A stretch of DNA of 64,000 nt from the human T2T-CHM13v2.0 reference genome, Homo sapiens. Positions 1-10,900 of the stretch are shown here, in pieces (within the stretch, counting starts at the first letter, position 1; each line of letters opens with the position of its first letter). The notes beneath the pieces are model-generated. The model worked only from the letters and a program-made list of their open reading frames with translations. It searched no databases and was not told where the DNA came from. Both the position numbers and the translations under genes were made by a program. The stretch lies in the NCBI RefSeq assembly GCF_009914755.1, contig NC_060942.1; one strand, given 5' to 3'.

Positions 1-244
1 TCCCTTTGGTAGAGCAGGTTTGAAACACTCTTTTTGTAGTATCTGGAAGTGGACATTTGGAGCGCTTTCAGGCCTACGTTGGAAAAGGAAATATCTTCCC
101 ATAACAACTAGACAGAAGCATTCTCAGAAACTAGTTTCTGATGTGTGTCCTCAACTAACACAGTTGAACATTTCTTTAGACAGAACAGTTTTGAAACACT
201 CTTTTTGTGGAATCTGCAAGTGGCTATTTGGCTAGATTTGAGGA

Positions 245-261
245 TTTCGTTGGAAACGGGA
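245..261 (+). promoter_or_regulatory. CENP-B box (monomer 1), repeated in each HOR
   Basis: TTTCGTTGGAAACGGGA matches the canonical YTTCGTTGGAARCGGGA. Confidence 0.96.
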
Positions 262-411
262 TTACATATAAAAAGCAGTCAGCAGCATTCTCAGAAAGTT
301 CTTTGTGATGATTGCATTCAAGTCACAGAATTGAACATTCCCTTTCACAGAGCAGGTTTGAAACACTCTTTTTGTAGTGTGTGTAAGTGGACATTTGGAG
401 CACTTACCGGC

Positions 412-428
412 CTAAGGTGAAAAAGGAA
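412..428 (+). other. pJalpha/A-box-like motif (monomer 2); also at 1088-1104 (monomer 6) and in degenerate form in the other even monomers
   Basis: CTAAGGTGAAAAAGGAA has one mismatch to the recalled A-box consensus CTAYGGTGRAAAAGGAA. It sits at the position homologous to the CENP-B box. Confidence 0.8.
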
Positions 429-583
429 ATAATCTTCCCATAAAAACTAGACAGAAGCATTCTCAGAAACTTACTCGTGATGTGTGTCCTCAACTAAAGG
501 AGTAGAACCTTTCTTTTCATAGAGAAGTTTTGAAACGCTCTTTTTGTGGAATCTGCAAGTGGATATTTGGCTAGTTTTGAGGA

Positions 584-600
584 TTTCGTTGGAAGCGGGA
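584..600 (+). promoter_or_regulatory. CENP-B box (monomer 3), overlapping the EcoRI site at 599-604
   Basis: TTTCGTTGGAAGCGGGA is canonical and is followed by ATTC. Confidence 0.96.
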
Positions 601-921
601 ATTCATACAAATTGCAGACTGCAGCGTTCTGAGAAACATCTTTGTGATGTTTGTATTCAGGACACAGAGTTGAACATTCCCTATCATAGAGCAGGTTTGA
701 ATCACTCCTTTTGTAGTATCTGGAAGTGGACATTTGGAGCGCTTTCAGGCCTATGTTGGAAAAGGAAATATCTTCCCATAACAACTAGACAGAAGCATTC
801 TCAGAAACTTATTTGAGATGTGTGTACTCAACTAAGAGAATTGAACCACCGTTTTGAAGGAGCAGTTTTGAAACTCTCTTTTTCTGGAATCTGCAAGTGG
901 ATATTTGGCTAGCTTTGGGGA

Positions 922-938
922 TTTCGCTGGAAGCGGGA
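922..938 (+). promoter_or_regulatory. CENP-B box (monomer 5), variant spacer with intact core
   Basis: TTTCGCTGGAAGCGGGA retains all 9 essential bases of nTTCGnnnnAnnCGGGn. Confidence 0.9.
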
Positions 939-1258
939 ATACATATAAAAAGCACACAGCAGCGTTCTGAGAAACTGCTTTCTGATGTTTGCATTCAAGT
1001 CAAAAGTTGAACACTCCCTTTCATAGAGCAGTCCTGAAACACCCCTTTTGTAGTATCTGGAACTGGACTTTTGGAGCGATTTCAGGGCTAAGGTGAAAAA
1101 GGAAATATCTTCCCATAAAAACTGGACAGAAGCATTCTCAGAAACTTGTTTATGCTGTATCTACTCAACTAACAAAGTTGAACCTTTCTTTTGATAGAGC
1201 AGTTTTGAAATGGTCTTTTTGTGGAATCTGCAAGTGGATATTTGGCTAGTTTTGAGGA

Positions 1259-1275
1259 TTTCGTTGGAAGCGGGA
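1259..1275 (+). promoter_or_regulatory. CENP-B box (monomer 7), overlapping the EcoRI site at 1274-1279
   Basis: TTTCGTTGGAAGCGGGA is canonical. Confidence 0.96.
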
Positions 1276-1596
1276 ATTCATACAAATTGCAGACTGCAGC
1301 GTTCTGAGAAACATCTTTGTGATGTTTGTATTCAGGACACAGAGTTGAACATTCCCTATCATAGAGCAGGTTGGAATCACTCCTTTTGTAGTATCTGGAA
1401 GTGGACATTTGGAGCGCTTTCAGGCCTATTTTGGAAAGGGAAATATCTTCCCGTAACAACTATGCAGAAGCATTCTCAGAAACTTGTTTGTGATGTGTGC
1501 CCTCTACTGACAGAGTTGAACCTTTCTTTTCATAGAGCAGTTTTGAAACACTCTTTTTGTAGAATCTGCAAGAGGATATTTGCATAGCTTTGAGGA

Positions 1597-1613
1597 TTTC
1601 GTGGGAAACGGGA
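1597..1613 (+). promoter_or_regulatory. CENP-B box (monomer 9), variant spacer with intact core
   Basis: TTTCGTGGGAAACGGGA retains the 9 essential bases. Confidence 0.9.
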
Positions 1614-1938
1614 TTGTCTTCAGGTAAAATCTAGACAGAAGCATTCTCAGAAACTTCTTTGGGATGTTTGCATTCAAGTCACAGAGTAGAACATTCCCTT
1701 TGGTAGAGCAGGTTTGAAACACTCTTTTTGTAGTATCTGGAAGTGGACATTTGGAGCGCTTTCAGGCCCATGTTGGAAAGGGAAATATCTTCCCGTAACA
1801 ACTAGGCAGAAGCATTCTCAGAAACTTATTTGAGATGTGTGTACTCAACTAAGAGAATTGAACCACCGTTTTGAAGGAGCAGTTTTGAAACACTCTTTTT
1901 CTGGAATCTGCAAGAGTATATTTGCCTAGCCTTGAGGA

Positions 1939-1955
1939 TTTCGTTGGAAACGGGA
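1939..1955 (+). promoter_or_regulatory. CENP-B box (monomer 11)
   Basis: TTTCGTTGGAAACGGGA is canonical. Six boxes occur per HOR, spaced 337-342 bp apart, giving about 188 box positions in the window. Confidence 0.96.
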
Positions 1956-4900
1956 TTGTCTTCAGAGAAAATCTAGACAGAAGCATTCTCAGAAACTTCT
2001 TTGGGATGCTTGCATTCAAGTCACAGAGTAGAACATTCCCTTTGGTAGAGCAGGTTTGAAACACTCTTTTTGTAGTATCTGGAAGTGGACATTTGGAGCG
2101 CTTTCAGGCCTACGTTGGAAAAGGAAATATCTTCCCATAACAACTAGACAGAAGCATTCTCAGAAACTAGTTTCTGATGTGTGTCCTCAACTAACACAGT
2201 TGAACATTTCTTTAGACAGAACAGTTTTGAAACACTCTTTTTGTGGAATCTGCAAGTGGCTATTTGGCTAGATTTGAGGATTTCGTTGGAAACGGGATTA
2301 CATATAAAAAGCAGTCAGCGGCATTCTCAGAAAGTTCTTTGTGATGATTGCATTCAAGTCACAGAATTGAACATTCCCTTTCACAGAGCAGGTTTGAAAC
2401 ACTCTTTTTGTAGTGTGTGTAAGTGGACATTTGGAGCACTTACCGGCCTAAGGTGAAAAAGGAAATAATCTTCCCATAAAAACTAGACAGAAGCATTCTC
2501 AGAAACTTACTCGTGATGTGTGTCCTCAACTAAAGGAGTAGAACCTTTCTTTTCATAGAGAAGTTTTGAAACGCTCTTTTTGTGGAATCTGCAAGTGGAT
2601 ATTTGGCTAGTTTTGAGGATTTCGTTGGAAGCGGGAATTCATACAAATTGCAGACTGCAGCGTTCTGAGAAACATCTTTGTGATGTTTGTATTCAGGACA
2701 CAGAGTTGAACATTCCCTATCATAGAGCAGGTTTGAATCACTCCTTTTGTAGTATCTGGAAGTGGACATTTGGAGCGCTTTCAGGCCTATGTTGGAAAAG
2801 GAAATATCTTCCCATAACAACTAGACAGAAGCATTCTCAGAAACTTATTTGAGATGTGTGTACTCAACTAAGAGAATTGAACCACCGTTTTGAAGGAGCA
2901 GTTTTGAAACTCTCTTTTTCTGGAATCTGCAAGTGGATATTTGGCTAGCTTTGGGGATTTCGCTGGAAGCGGGAATACATATAAAAAGCACACAGCAGCG
3001 TTCTGAGAAACTGCTTTCTGATGTTTGCATTCAAGTCAAAAGTTGAACACTCCCTTTCATAGAGCAGTCCTGAAACACCCCTTTTGTAGTATCTGGAACT
3101 GGACTTTTGGAGCGATTTCAGGGCTAAGGTGAAAAAGGAAATATCTTCCCATAAAAACTGGACAGAAGCATTCTCAGAAACTTGTTTATGCTGTATCTAC
3201 TCAACTAACAAAGTTGAACCTTTCTTTTGATAGAGCAGTTTTGAAATGGTCTTTTTGTGGAATCTGCAAGTGGATATTTGGCTAGTTTTGAGGATTTCGT
3301 TGGAAGCGGGAATTCATACAAATTGCAGACTGCAGCGTTCTGAGAAACATCTTTGTGATGTTTGTATTCAGGACACAGAGTTGAACATTCCCTATCATAG
3401 AGCAGGTTGGAATCACTCCTTTTGTAGTATCTGGAAGTGGACATTTGGAGCGCTTTCAGGCCTATTTTGGAAAGGGAAATATCTTCCCGTAACAACTATG
3501 CAGAAGCATTCTCAGAAACTTGTTTGTGATGTGTGCCCTCTACTGACAGAGTTGAACCTTTCTTTTCATAGAGCAGTTTTGAAACACTCTTTTTGTAGAA
3601 TCTGCAAGAGGATATTTGCATAGCTTTGAGGATTTCGTGGGAAACGGGATTGTCTTCAGGTAAAATCTAGACAGAAGCATTCTCAGAAACTTCTTTGGGA
3701 TGTTTGCATTCAAGTCACAGAGTAGAACATTCCCTTTGGTAGAGCAGGTTTGAAACACTCTTTTTGTAGTATCTGGAAGTGGACATTTGGAGCGCTTTCA
3801 GGCCCATGTTGGAAAGGGAAATATCTTCCCGTAACAACTAGGCAGAAGCATTCTCAGAAACTTATTTGAGATGTGTGTACTCAACTAAGAGAATTGAACC
3901 ACCGTTTTGAAGGAGCAGTTTTGAAACACTCTTTTTCTGGAATCTGCAAGAGTATATTTGCCTAGCCTTGAGGATTTCGTTGGAAACGGGATTGTCTTCA
4001 GAGAAAATCTAGACAGAAGCATTCTCAGAAACTTCTTTGGGATGCTTGCATTCAAGTCACAGAGTAGAACATTCCCTTTGGTAGAGCAGGTTTGAAACAC
4101 TCTTTTTTTAGTATCTGGAAGTGGACATTTGGAGCGCTTTCAGGCCTACGTTGGAAAAGGAAATATCTTCCCATAACAACTAGACAGAAGCATTCTCAGA
4201 AACTAGTTTCTGATGTGTGTCCTCAACTAACACAGTTGAACATTTCTTTAGACAGAACAGTTTTGAAACACTCTTTTTGTGGAATCTGCAAGTGGCTATT
4301 TGGCTAGATTTGAGGATTTCGTTGGAAACGGGATTACATATAAAAAGCAGTCAGCGGCATTCTCAGAAAGTTCTTTGTGATGATTGCATTCAAGTCACAG
4401 AATTGAACATTCCCTTTCACAGAGCAGGTTTGAAACACTCTTTTTGTAGTGTGTGTAAGTGGACATTTGGAGCACTTACCGGCCTAAGGTGAAAAAGGAA
4501 ATAATCTTCCCATAAAAACTAGACAGAAGCATTCTCAGAAACTTACTCGTGATGTGTGTCCTCAACTAAAGGAGTAGAACCTTTCTTTTCATAGAGAAGT
4601 TTTGAAACGCTCTTTTTGTGGAATCTGCAAGTGGATATTTGGCTAGTTTTGAGGATTTCGTTGGAAGCGGGAATTCATACAAATTGCAGACTGCAGCGTT
4701 CTGAGAAACATCTTTGTGATGTTTGTATTCAGGACACAGAGTTGAACATTCCCTATCATAGAGCAGGTTTGAATCACTCCTTTTGTAGTATCTGGAAGTG
4801 GACATTTGGAGCGCTTTCAGGCCTATGTTGGAAAAGGAAATATCTTCCCATAACAACTAGACAGAAGCATTCTCAGAAACTTATTTGAGATGTGTGTACT

Positions 4901-7900
4901 CAACTAAGAGAATTGAACCACCGTTTTGAAGGAGCAGTTTTGAAACTCTCTTTTTCTGGAATCTGCAAGTGGATATTTGGCTAGCTTTGGGGATTTCGCT
5001 GGAAGCGGGAATACATATAAAAAGCACACAGCAGCGTTCTGAGAAACTGCTTTCTGATGTTTGCATTCAAGTCAAAAGTTGAACACTCCCTTTCATAGAG
5101 CAGTCCTGAAACACCCCTTTGGTAGTATCTGGAACTGGACTTTTGGAGCGATTTCAGGGCTAAGGTGAAAAAGGAAATATCTTCCCATAAAAACTGGACA
5201 GAAGCATTCTCAGAAACTTGTTTATGCTGTATCTACTCAACTAACAAAGTTGAACCTTTCTTTTGATAGAGCAGTTTTGAAATGGTCTTTTTGTGGAATC
5301 TGCAAGTGGATATTTGGCTAGTTTTGAGGATTTCGTTGGAAGCGGGAATTCATACAAATTGCAGACTGCAGCGTTCTGAGAAACATCTTTGTGATGTTTG
5401 TATTCAGGACACAGAGTTGAACATTCCCTATCATAGAGCAGGTTGGAATCACTCCTTTTGTAGTATCTGGAAGTGGACATTTGGAGCGCTTTCAGGCCTA
5501 TTTTGGAAAGGGAAATATCTTCCCGTAACAACTATGCAGAAGCATTCTCAGAAACTTGTTTGTGATGTGTGCCCTCTACTGACAGAGTTGAACCTTTCTT
5601 TTCATAGAGCAGTTTTGAAACACTCTTTTTGTAGAATCTGCAAGAGGATATTTGCATAGCTTTGAGGATTTCGTGGGAAACGGGATTGTCTTCAGGTAAA
5701 ATCTAGACAGAAGCATTCTCAGAAACTTCTTTGGGATGTTTGCATTCAAGTCACAGAGTAGAACATTCCCTTTGGTAGAGCAGGTTTGAAACACTCTTTT
5801 TGTAGTATCTGGAAGTGGACATTTGGAGCGCTTTCAGGCCCATGTTGGAAAGGGAAATATCTTCCCGTAACAACTAGGCAGAAGCATTCTCAGAAACTTA
5901 TTTGAGATGTGTGTACTCAACTAAGAGAATTGAACCACCGTTTTGAAGGAGCAGTTTTGAAACACTCTTTTTCTGGAATCTGCAAGAGTATATTTGCCTA
6001 GCCTTGAGGATTTCGTTGGAAACGGGATTGTCTTCAGAGAAAATCTAGACAGAAGCATTCTCAGAAACTTCTTTGGGATGCTTGCATTCAAGTCACAGAG
6101 TAGAACATTCCCTTTGGTAGAGCAGGTTTGAAACACTCTTTTTGTAGTATCTGGAAGTGGACATTTGGAGCGCTTTCAGGCCTACGTTGGAAAAGGAAAT
6201 ATCTTCCCATAACAACTAGACAGAAGCATTCTCAGAAACTAGTTTCTGATGTGTGTCCTCAACTAACACAGTTGAACATTTCTTTAGACAGAACAGTTTT
6301 GAAACACTCTTTTTGTGGAATCTGCAAGTGGCTATTTGGCTAGATTTGAGGATTTCGTTGGAAACGGGATTACATATAAAAAGCAGTCAGCGGCATTCTC
6401 AGAAAGTTCTTTGTGATGATTGCATTCAAGTCACAGAATTGAACATTCCCTTTCACAGAGCAGGTTTGAAACACTCTTTTTGTAGTGTGTGTAAGTGGAC
6501 ATTTGGAGCACTTACCGGCCTAAGGTGAAAAAGGAAATAATCTTCCCATAAAAACTAGACAGAAGCATTCTCAGAAACTTACTCGTGATGTGTGTCCTCA
6601 ACTAAAGGAGTAGAACCTTTCTTTTCATAGAGAAGTTTTGAAACGCTCTTTTTGTGGAATCTGCAAGTGGATATTTGGCTAGTTTTGAGGATTTCGTTGG
6701 AAGCGGGAATTCATACAAATTGCAGACTGCAGCGTTCTGAGAAACATCTTTGTGATGTTTGTATTCAGGACACAGAGTTGAACATTCCCTATCATAGAGC
6801 AGGTTTGAATCACTCCTTTTGTAGTATCTGGAAGTGGACATTTGGAGCGCTTTCAGGCCTATGTTGGAAAAGGAAATATCTTCCCATAACAACTAGACAG
6901 AAGCATTCTCAGAAACTTATTTGAGATGTGTGTACTCAACTAAGAGAATTGAACCACCGTTTTGAAGGAGCAGTTTTGAAACTCTCTTTTTCTGGAATCT
7001 GCAAGTGGATATTTGGCTAGCTTTGGGGATTTCGCTGGAAGCGGGAATACATATAAAAAGCACACAGCAGCGTTCTGAGAAACTGCTTTCTGATGTTTGC
7101 ATTCAAGTCAAAAGTTGAACACTCCCTTTCATAGAGCAGTCCTGAAACACCCCTTTGGTAGTATCTGGAACTGGACTTTTGGAGCGATTTCAGGGCTAAG
7201 GTGAAAAAGGAAATATCTTCCCATAAAAACTGGACAGAAGCATTCTCAGAAACTTGTTTATGCTGTATCTACTCAACTAACAAAGTTGAACCTTTCTTTT
7301 GATAGAGCAGTTTTGAAATGGTCTTTTTGTGGAATCTGCAAGTGGATATTTGGCTAGTTTTGAGGATTTCGTTGGAAGCGGGAATTCATACAAATTGCAG
7401 ACTGCAGCGTTCTGAGAAACATCTTTGTGATGTTTGTATTCAGGACACAGAGTTGAACATTCCCTATCATAGAGCAGGTTGGAATCACTCCTTTTGTAGT
7501 ATCTGGAAGTGGACATTTGGAGCGCTTTCAGGCCTATTTTGGAAAGGGAAATATCTTCCCGTAACAACTATGCAGAAGCATTCTCAGAAACTTGTTTGTG
7601 ATGTGTGCCCTCTACTGACAGAGTTGAACCTTTCTTTTCATAGAGCAGTTTTGAAACACTCTTTTTGTAGAATCTGCAAGAGGATATTTGCATAGCTTTG
7701 AGGATTTCGTGGGAAACGGGATTGTCTTCAGGTAAAATCTAGACAGAAGCATTCTCAGAAACTTCTTTGGGATGTTTGCATTCAAGTCACAGAGTAGAAC
7801 ATTCCCTTTGGTAGAGCAGGTTTGAAACACTCTTTTTGTAGTATCTGGAAGTGGACATTTGGAGCGCTTTCAGGCCCATGTTGGAAAGGGAAATATCTTC

Positions 7901-10900
7901 CCGTAACAACTAGGCAGAAGCATTCTCAGAAACTTATTTGAGATGTGTGTACTCAACTAAGAGAATTGAACCACCGTTTTGAAGGAGCAGTTTTGAAACA
8001 CTCTTTTTCTGGAATCTGCAAGAGTATATTTGCCTAGCCTTGAGGATTTCGTTGGAAACGGGATTGTCTTCAGAGAAAATCTAGACAGAAGCATTCTCAG
8101 AAACTTCTTTGGGATGCTTGCATTCAAGTCACAGAGTAGAACATTCCCTTTGGTAGAGCAGGTTTGAAACACTCTTTTTTTAGTATCTGGAAGTGGACAT
8201 TTGGAGCGCTTTCAGGCCTACGTTGGAAAAGGAAATATCTTCCCATAACAACTAGACAGAAGCATTCTCAGAAACTAGTTTCTGATGTGTGTCCTCAACT
8301 AACACAGTTGAACATTTCTTTAGACAGAACAGTTTTGAAACACTCTTTTTGTGGAATCTGCAAGTGGCTATTTGGCTAGATTTGAGGATTTCGTTGGAAA
8401 CGGGATTACATATAAAAAGCAGTCAGCGGCATTCTCAGAAAGTTCTTTGTGATGATTGCATTCAAGTCACAGAATTGAACATTCCCTTTCACAGAGCAGG
8501 TTTGAAACACTCTTTTTGTAGTGTGTGTAAGTGGACATTTGGAGCACTTACCGGCCTAAGGTGAAAAAGGAAATAATCTTCCCATAAAAACTAGACAGAA
8601 GCATTCTCAGAAACTTACTCGTGATGTGTGTCCTCAACTAAAGGAGTAGAACCTTTCTTTTCATAGAGAAGTTTTGAAACGCTCTTTTTGTGGAATCTGC
8701 AAGTGGATATTTGGCTAGTTTTGAGGATTTCGTTGGAAGCGGGAATTCATACAAATTGCAGACTGCAGCGTTCTGAGAAACATCTTTGTGATGTTTGTAT
8801 TCAGGACACAGAGTTGAACATTCCCTATCATAGAGCAGGTTTGAATCACTCCTTTTGTAGTATCTGGAAGTGGACATTTGGAGCGCTTTCAGGCCTATGT
8901 TGGAAAAGGAAATATCTTCCCATAACAACTAGACAGAAGCATTCTCAGAAACTTATTTGAGATGTGTGTACTCAACTAAGAGAATTGAACCACCGTTTTG
9001 AAGGAGCAGTTTTGAAACTCTCTTTTTCTGGAATCTGCAAGTGGATATTTGGCTAGCTTTGGGGATTTCGCTGGAAGCGGGAATACATATAAAAAGCACA
9101 CAGCAGCGTTCTGAGAAACTGCTTTCTGATGTTTGCATTCAAGTCAAAAGTTGAACACTCCCTTTCATAGAGCAGTCCTGAAACACCCCTTTGGTAGTAT
9201 CTGGAACTGGACTTTTGGAGCGATTTCAGGGCTAAGGTGAAAAAGGAAATATCTTCCCATAAAAACTGGACAGAAGCATTCTCAGAAACTTGTTTATGCT
9301 GTATCTACTCAACTAACAAAGTTGAACCTTTCTTTTGATAGAGCAGTTTTGAAATGGTCTTTTTGTGGAATCTGCAAGTGGATATTTGGCTAGTTTTGAG
9401 GATTTCGTTGGAAGCGGGAATTCATACAAATTGCAGACTGCAGCGTTCTGAGAAACATCTTTGTGATGTTTGTATTCAGGACACAGAGTTGAACATTCCC
9501 TATCATAGAGCAGGTTGGAATCACTCCTTTTGTAGTATCTGGAAGTGGACATTTGGAGCGCTTTCAGGCCTATTTTGGAAAGGGAAATATCTTCCCGTAA
9601 CAACTATGCAGAAGCATTCTCAGAAACTTGTTTGTGATGTGTGCCCTCTACTGACAGAGTTGAACCTTTCTTTTCATAGAGCAGTTTTGAAACACTCTTT
9701 TTGTAGAATCTGCAAGAGGATATTTGCATAGCTTTGAGGATTTCGTGGGAAACGGGATTGTCTTCAGGTAAAATCTAGACAGAAGCATTCTCAGAAACTT
9801 CTTTGGGATGTTTGCATTCAAGTCACAGAGTAGAACATTCCCTTTGGTAGAGCAGGTTTGAAACACTCTTTTTGTAGTATCTGGAAGTGGACATTTGGAG
9901 CGCTTTCAGGCCCATGTTGGAAAGGGAAATATCTTCCCGTAACAACTAGGCAGAAGCATTCTCAGAAACTTATTTGAGATGTGTGTACTCAACTAAGAGA
10001 ATTGAACCACCGTTTTGAAGGAGCAGTTTTGAAACACTCTTTTTCTGGAATCTGCAAGAGTATATTTGCCTAGCCTTGAGGATTTCGTTGGAAACGGGAT
10101 TGTCTTCAGAGAAAATCTAGACAGAAGCATTCTCAGAAACTTCTTTGGGATGCTTGCATTCAAGTCACAGAGTAGAACATTCCCTTTGGTAGAGCAGGTT
10201 TGAAACACTCTTTTTTTAGTATCTGGAAGTGGACATTTGGAGCGCTTTCAGGCCTACGTTGGAAAAGGAAATATCTTCCCATAACAACTAGACAGAAGCA
10301 TTCTCAGAAACTAGTTTCTGATGTGTGTCCTCAACTAACACAGTTGAACATTTCTTTAGACAGAACAGTTTTGAAACACTCTTTTTGTGGAATCTGCAAG
10401 TGGCTATTTGGCTAGATTTGAGGATTTCGTTGGAAACGGGATTACATATAAAAAGCAGTCAGCGGCATTCTCAGAAAGTTCTTTGTGATGATTGCATTCA
10501 AGTCACAGAATTGAACATTCCCTTTCACAGAGCAGGTTTGAAACACTCTTTTTGTAGTGTGTGTAAGTGGACATTTGGAGCACTTACCGGCCTAAGGTGA
10601 AAAAGGAAATAATCTTCCCATAAAAACTAGACAGAAGCATTCTCAGAAACTTACTCGTGATGTGTGTCCTCAACTAAAGGAGTAGAACCTTTCTTTTCAT
10701 AGAGAAGTTTTGAAACGCTCTTTTTGTGGAATCTGCAAGTGGATATTTGGCTAGTTTTGAGGATTTCGTTGGAAGCGGGAATTCATACAAATTGCAGACT
10801 GCAGCGTTCTGAGAAACATCTTTGTGATGTTTGTATTCAGGACACAGAGTTGAACATTCCCTATCATAGAGCAGGTTTGAATCACTCCTTTTGTAGTATC

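Larger units (their letters stand above)
539..1429 (+). repeat. Intra-HOR direct repeat: 539-754 vs 1214-1429 (216 bp, offset 675 bp = 4 monomers)
   Basis: The two segments are identical except T698 vs G1373. Both contain a CENP-B box, an EcoRI site and ATTGCAGACTGCAGCG. The duplication also shows as near-duplicate ORF translations (494..784 vs 1169..1459). Confidence 0.92.
790..1914 (+). repeat. Intra-HOR direct repeat: 790-897 vs 1807-1914 (108 bp, offset 1017 bp = 6 monomers)
   Basis: CAGAAGCATTCTCAGAAACTTATTTGAGATGTGTGTACTCAACTAAGAGAATTGAACCACCG...CTGCAAG is shared with one mismatch (AAACTCTC vs AAACACTC). Confidence 0.9.
1590..2110 (+). repeat. Intra-HOR direct repeat: 1590-1768 vs 1932-2110 (179 bp, offset 342 bp = 2 monomers)
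   Basis: The segments share GGAAACGGGATTGTCTTCAG..AAAATCTAGACAGAAG...CTTTGGTAGAGCAGG...TTTCAGGCC, with 4 mismatches by my count. Confidence 0.88.
119..2154 (+). repeat. One complete 12-monomer HOR unit in monomer register
   Basis: Monomer starts (CATTCT/CGTTCT) are at 119, 286, 458, 625, 796, 963, 1133, 1300, 1471, 1642, 1813 and 1984, with the next at 2155. Lengths are 167, 172, 167, 171, 167, 170, 167, 171, 171, 171, 171 and 171, summing to 2036. Odd monomers carry a CENP-B box; even monomers carry an A-box. Confidence 0.95.

Noticed and set aside
121-129. TTCTCAGAA / TTCTGAGAA palindrome resembling a STAT (GAS) site in every monomer
   Set aside because: It is part of the standard alpha-satellite consensus. 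Nothing in the sequence supports regulatory use.
266-274. TATA-like ATATAAAAA after CENP-B boxes in monomers 1 and 5
   Set aside because: This is an AT-rich satellite motif with no other promoter evidence. Alpha-satellite transcription is known, but its start sites cannot be inferred from this.
613-623. Small dyad TGCAG-A-CTGCA next to the CENP-B box (also 1288-1298)
   Set aside because: A 5-bp stem with a 1-nt loop is too weak to claim a cruciform or hairpin function without computation.
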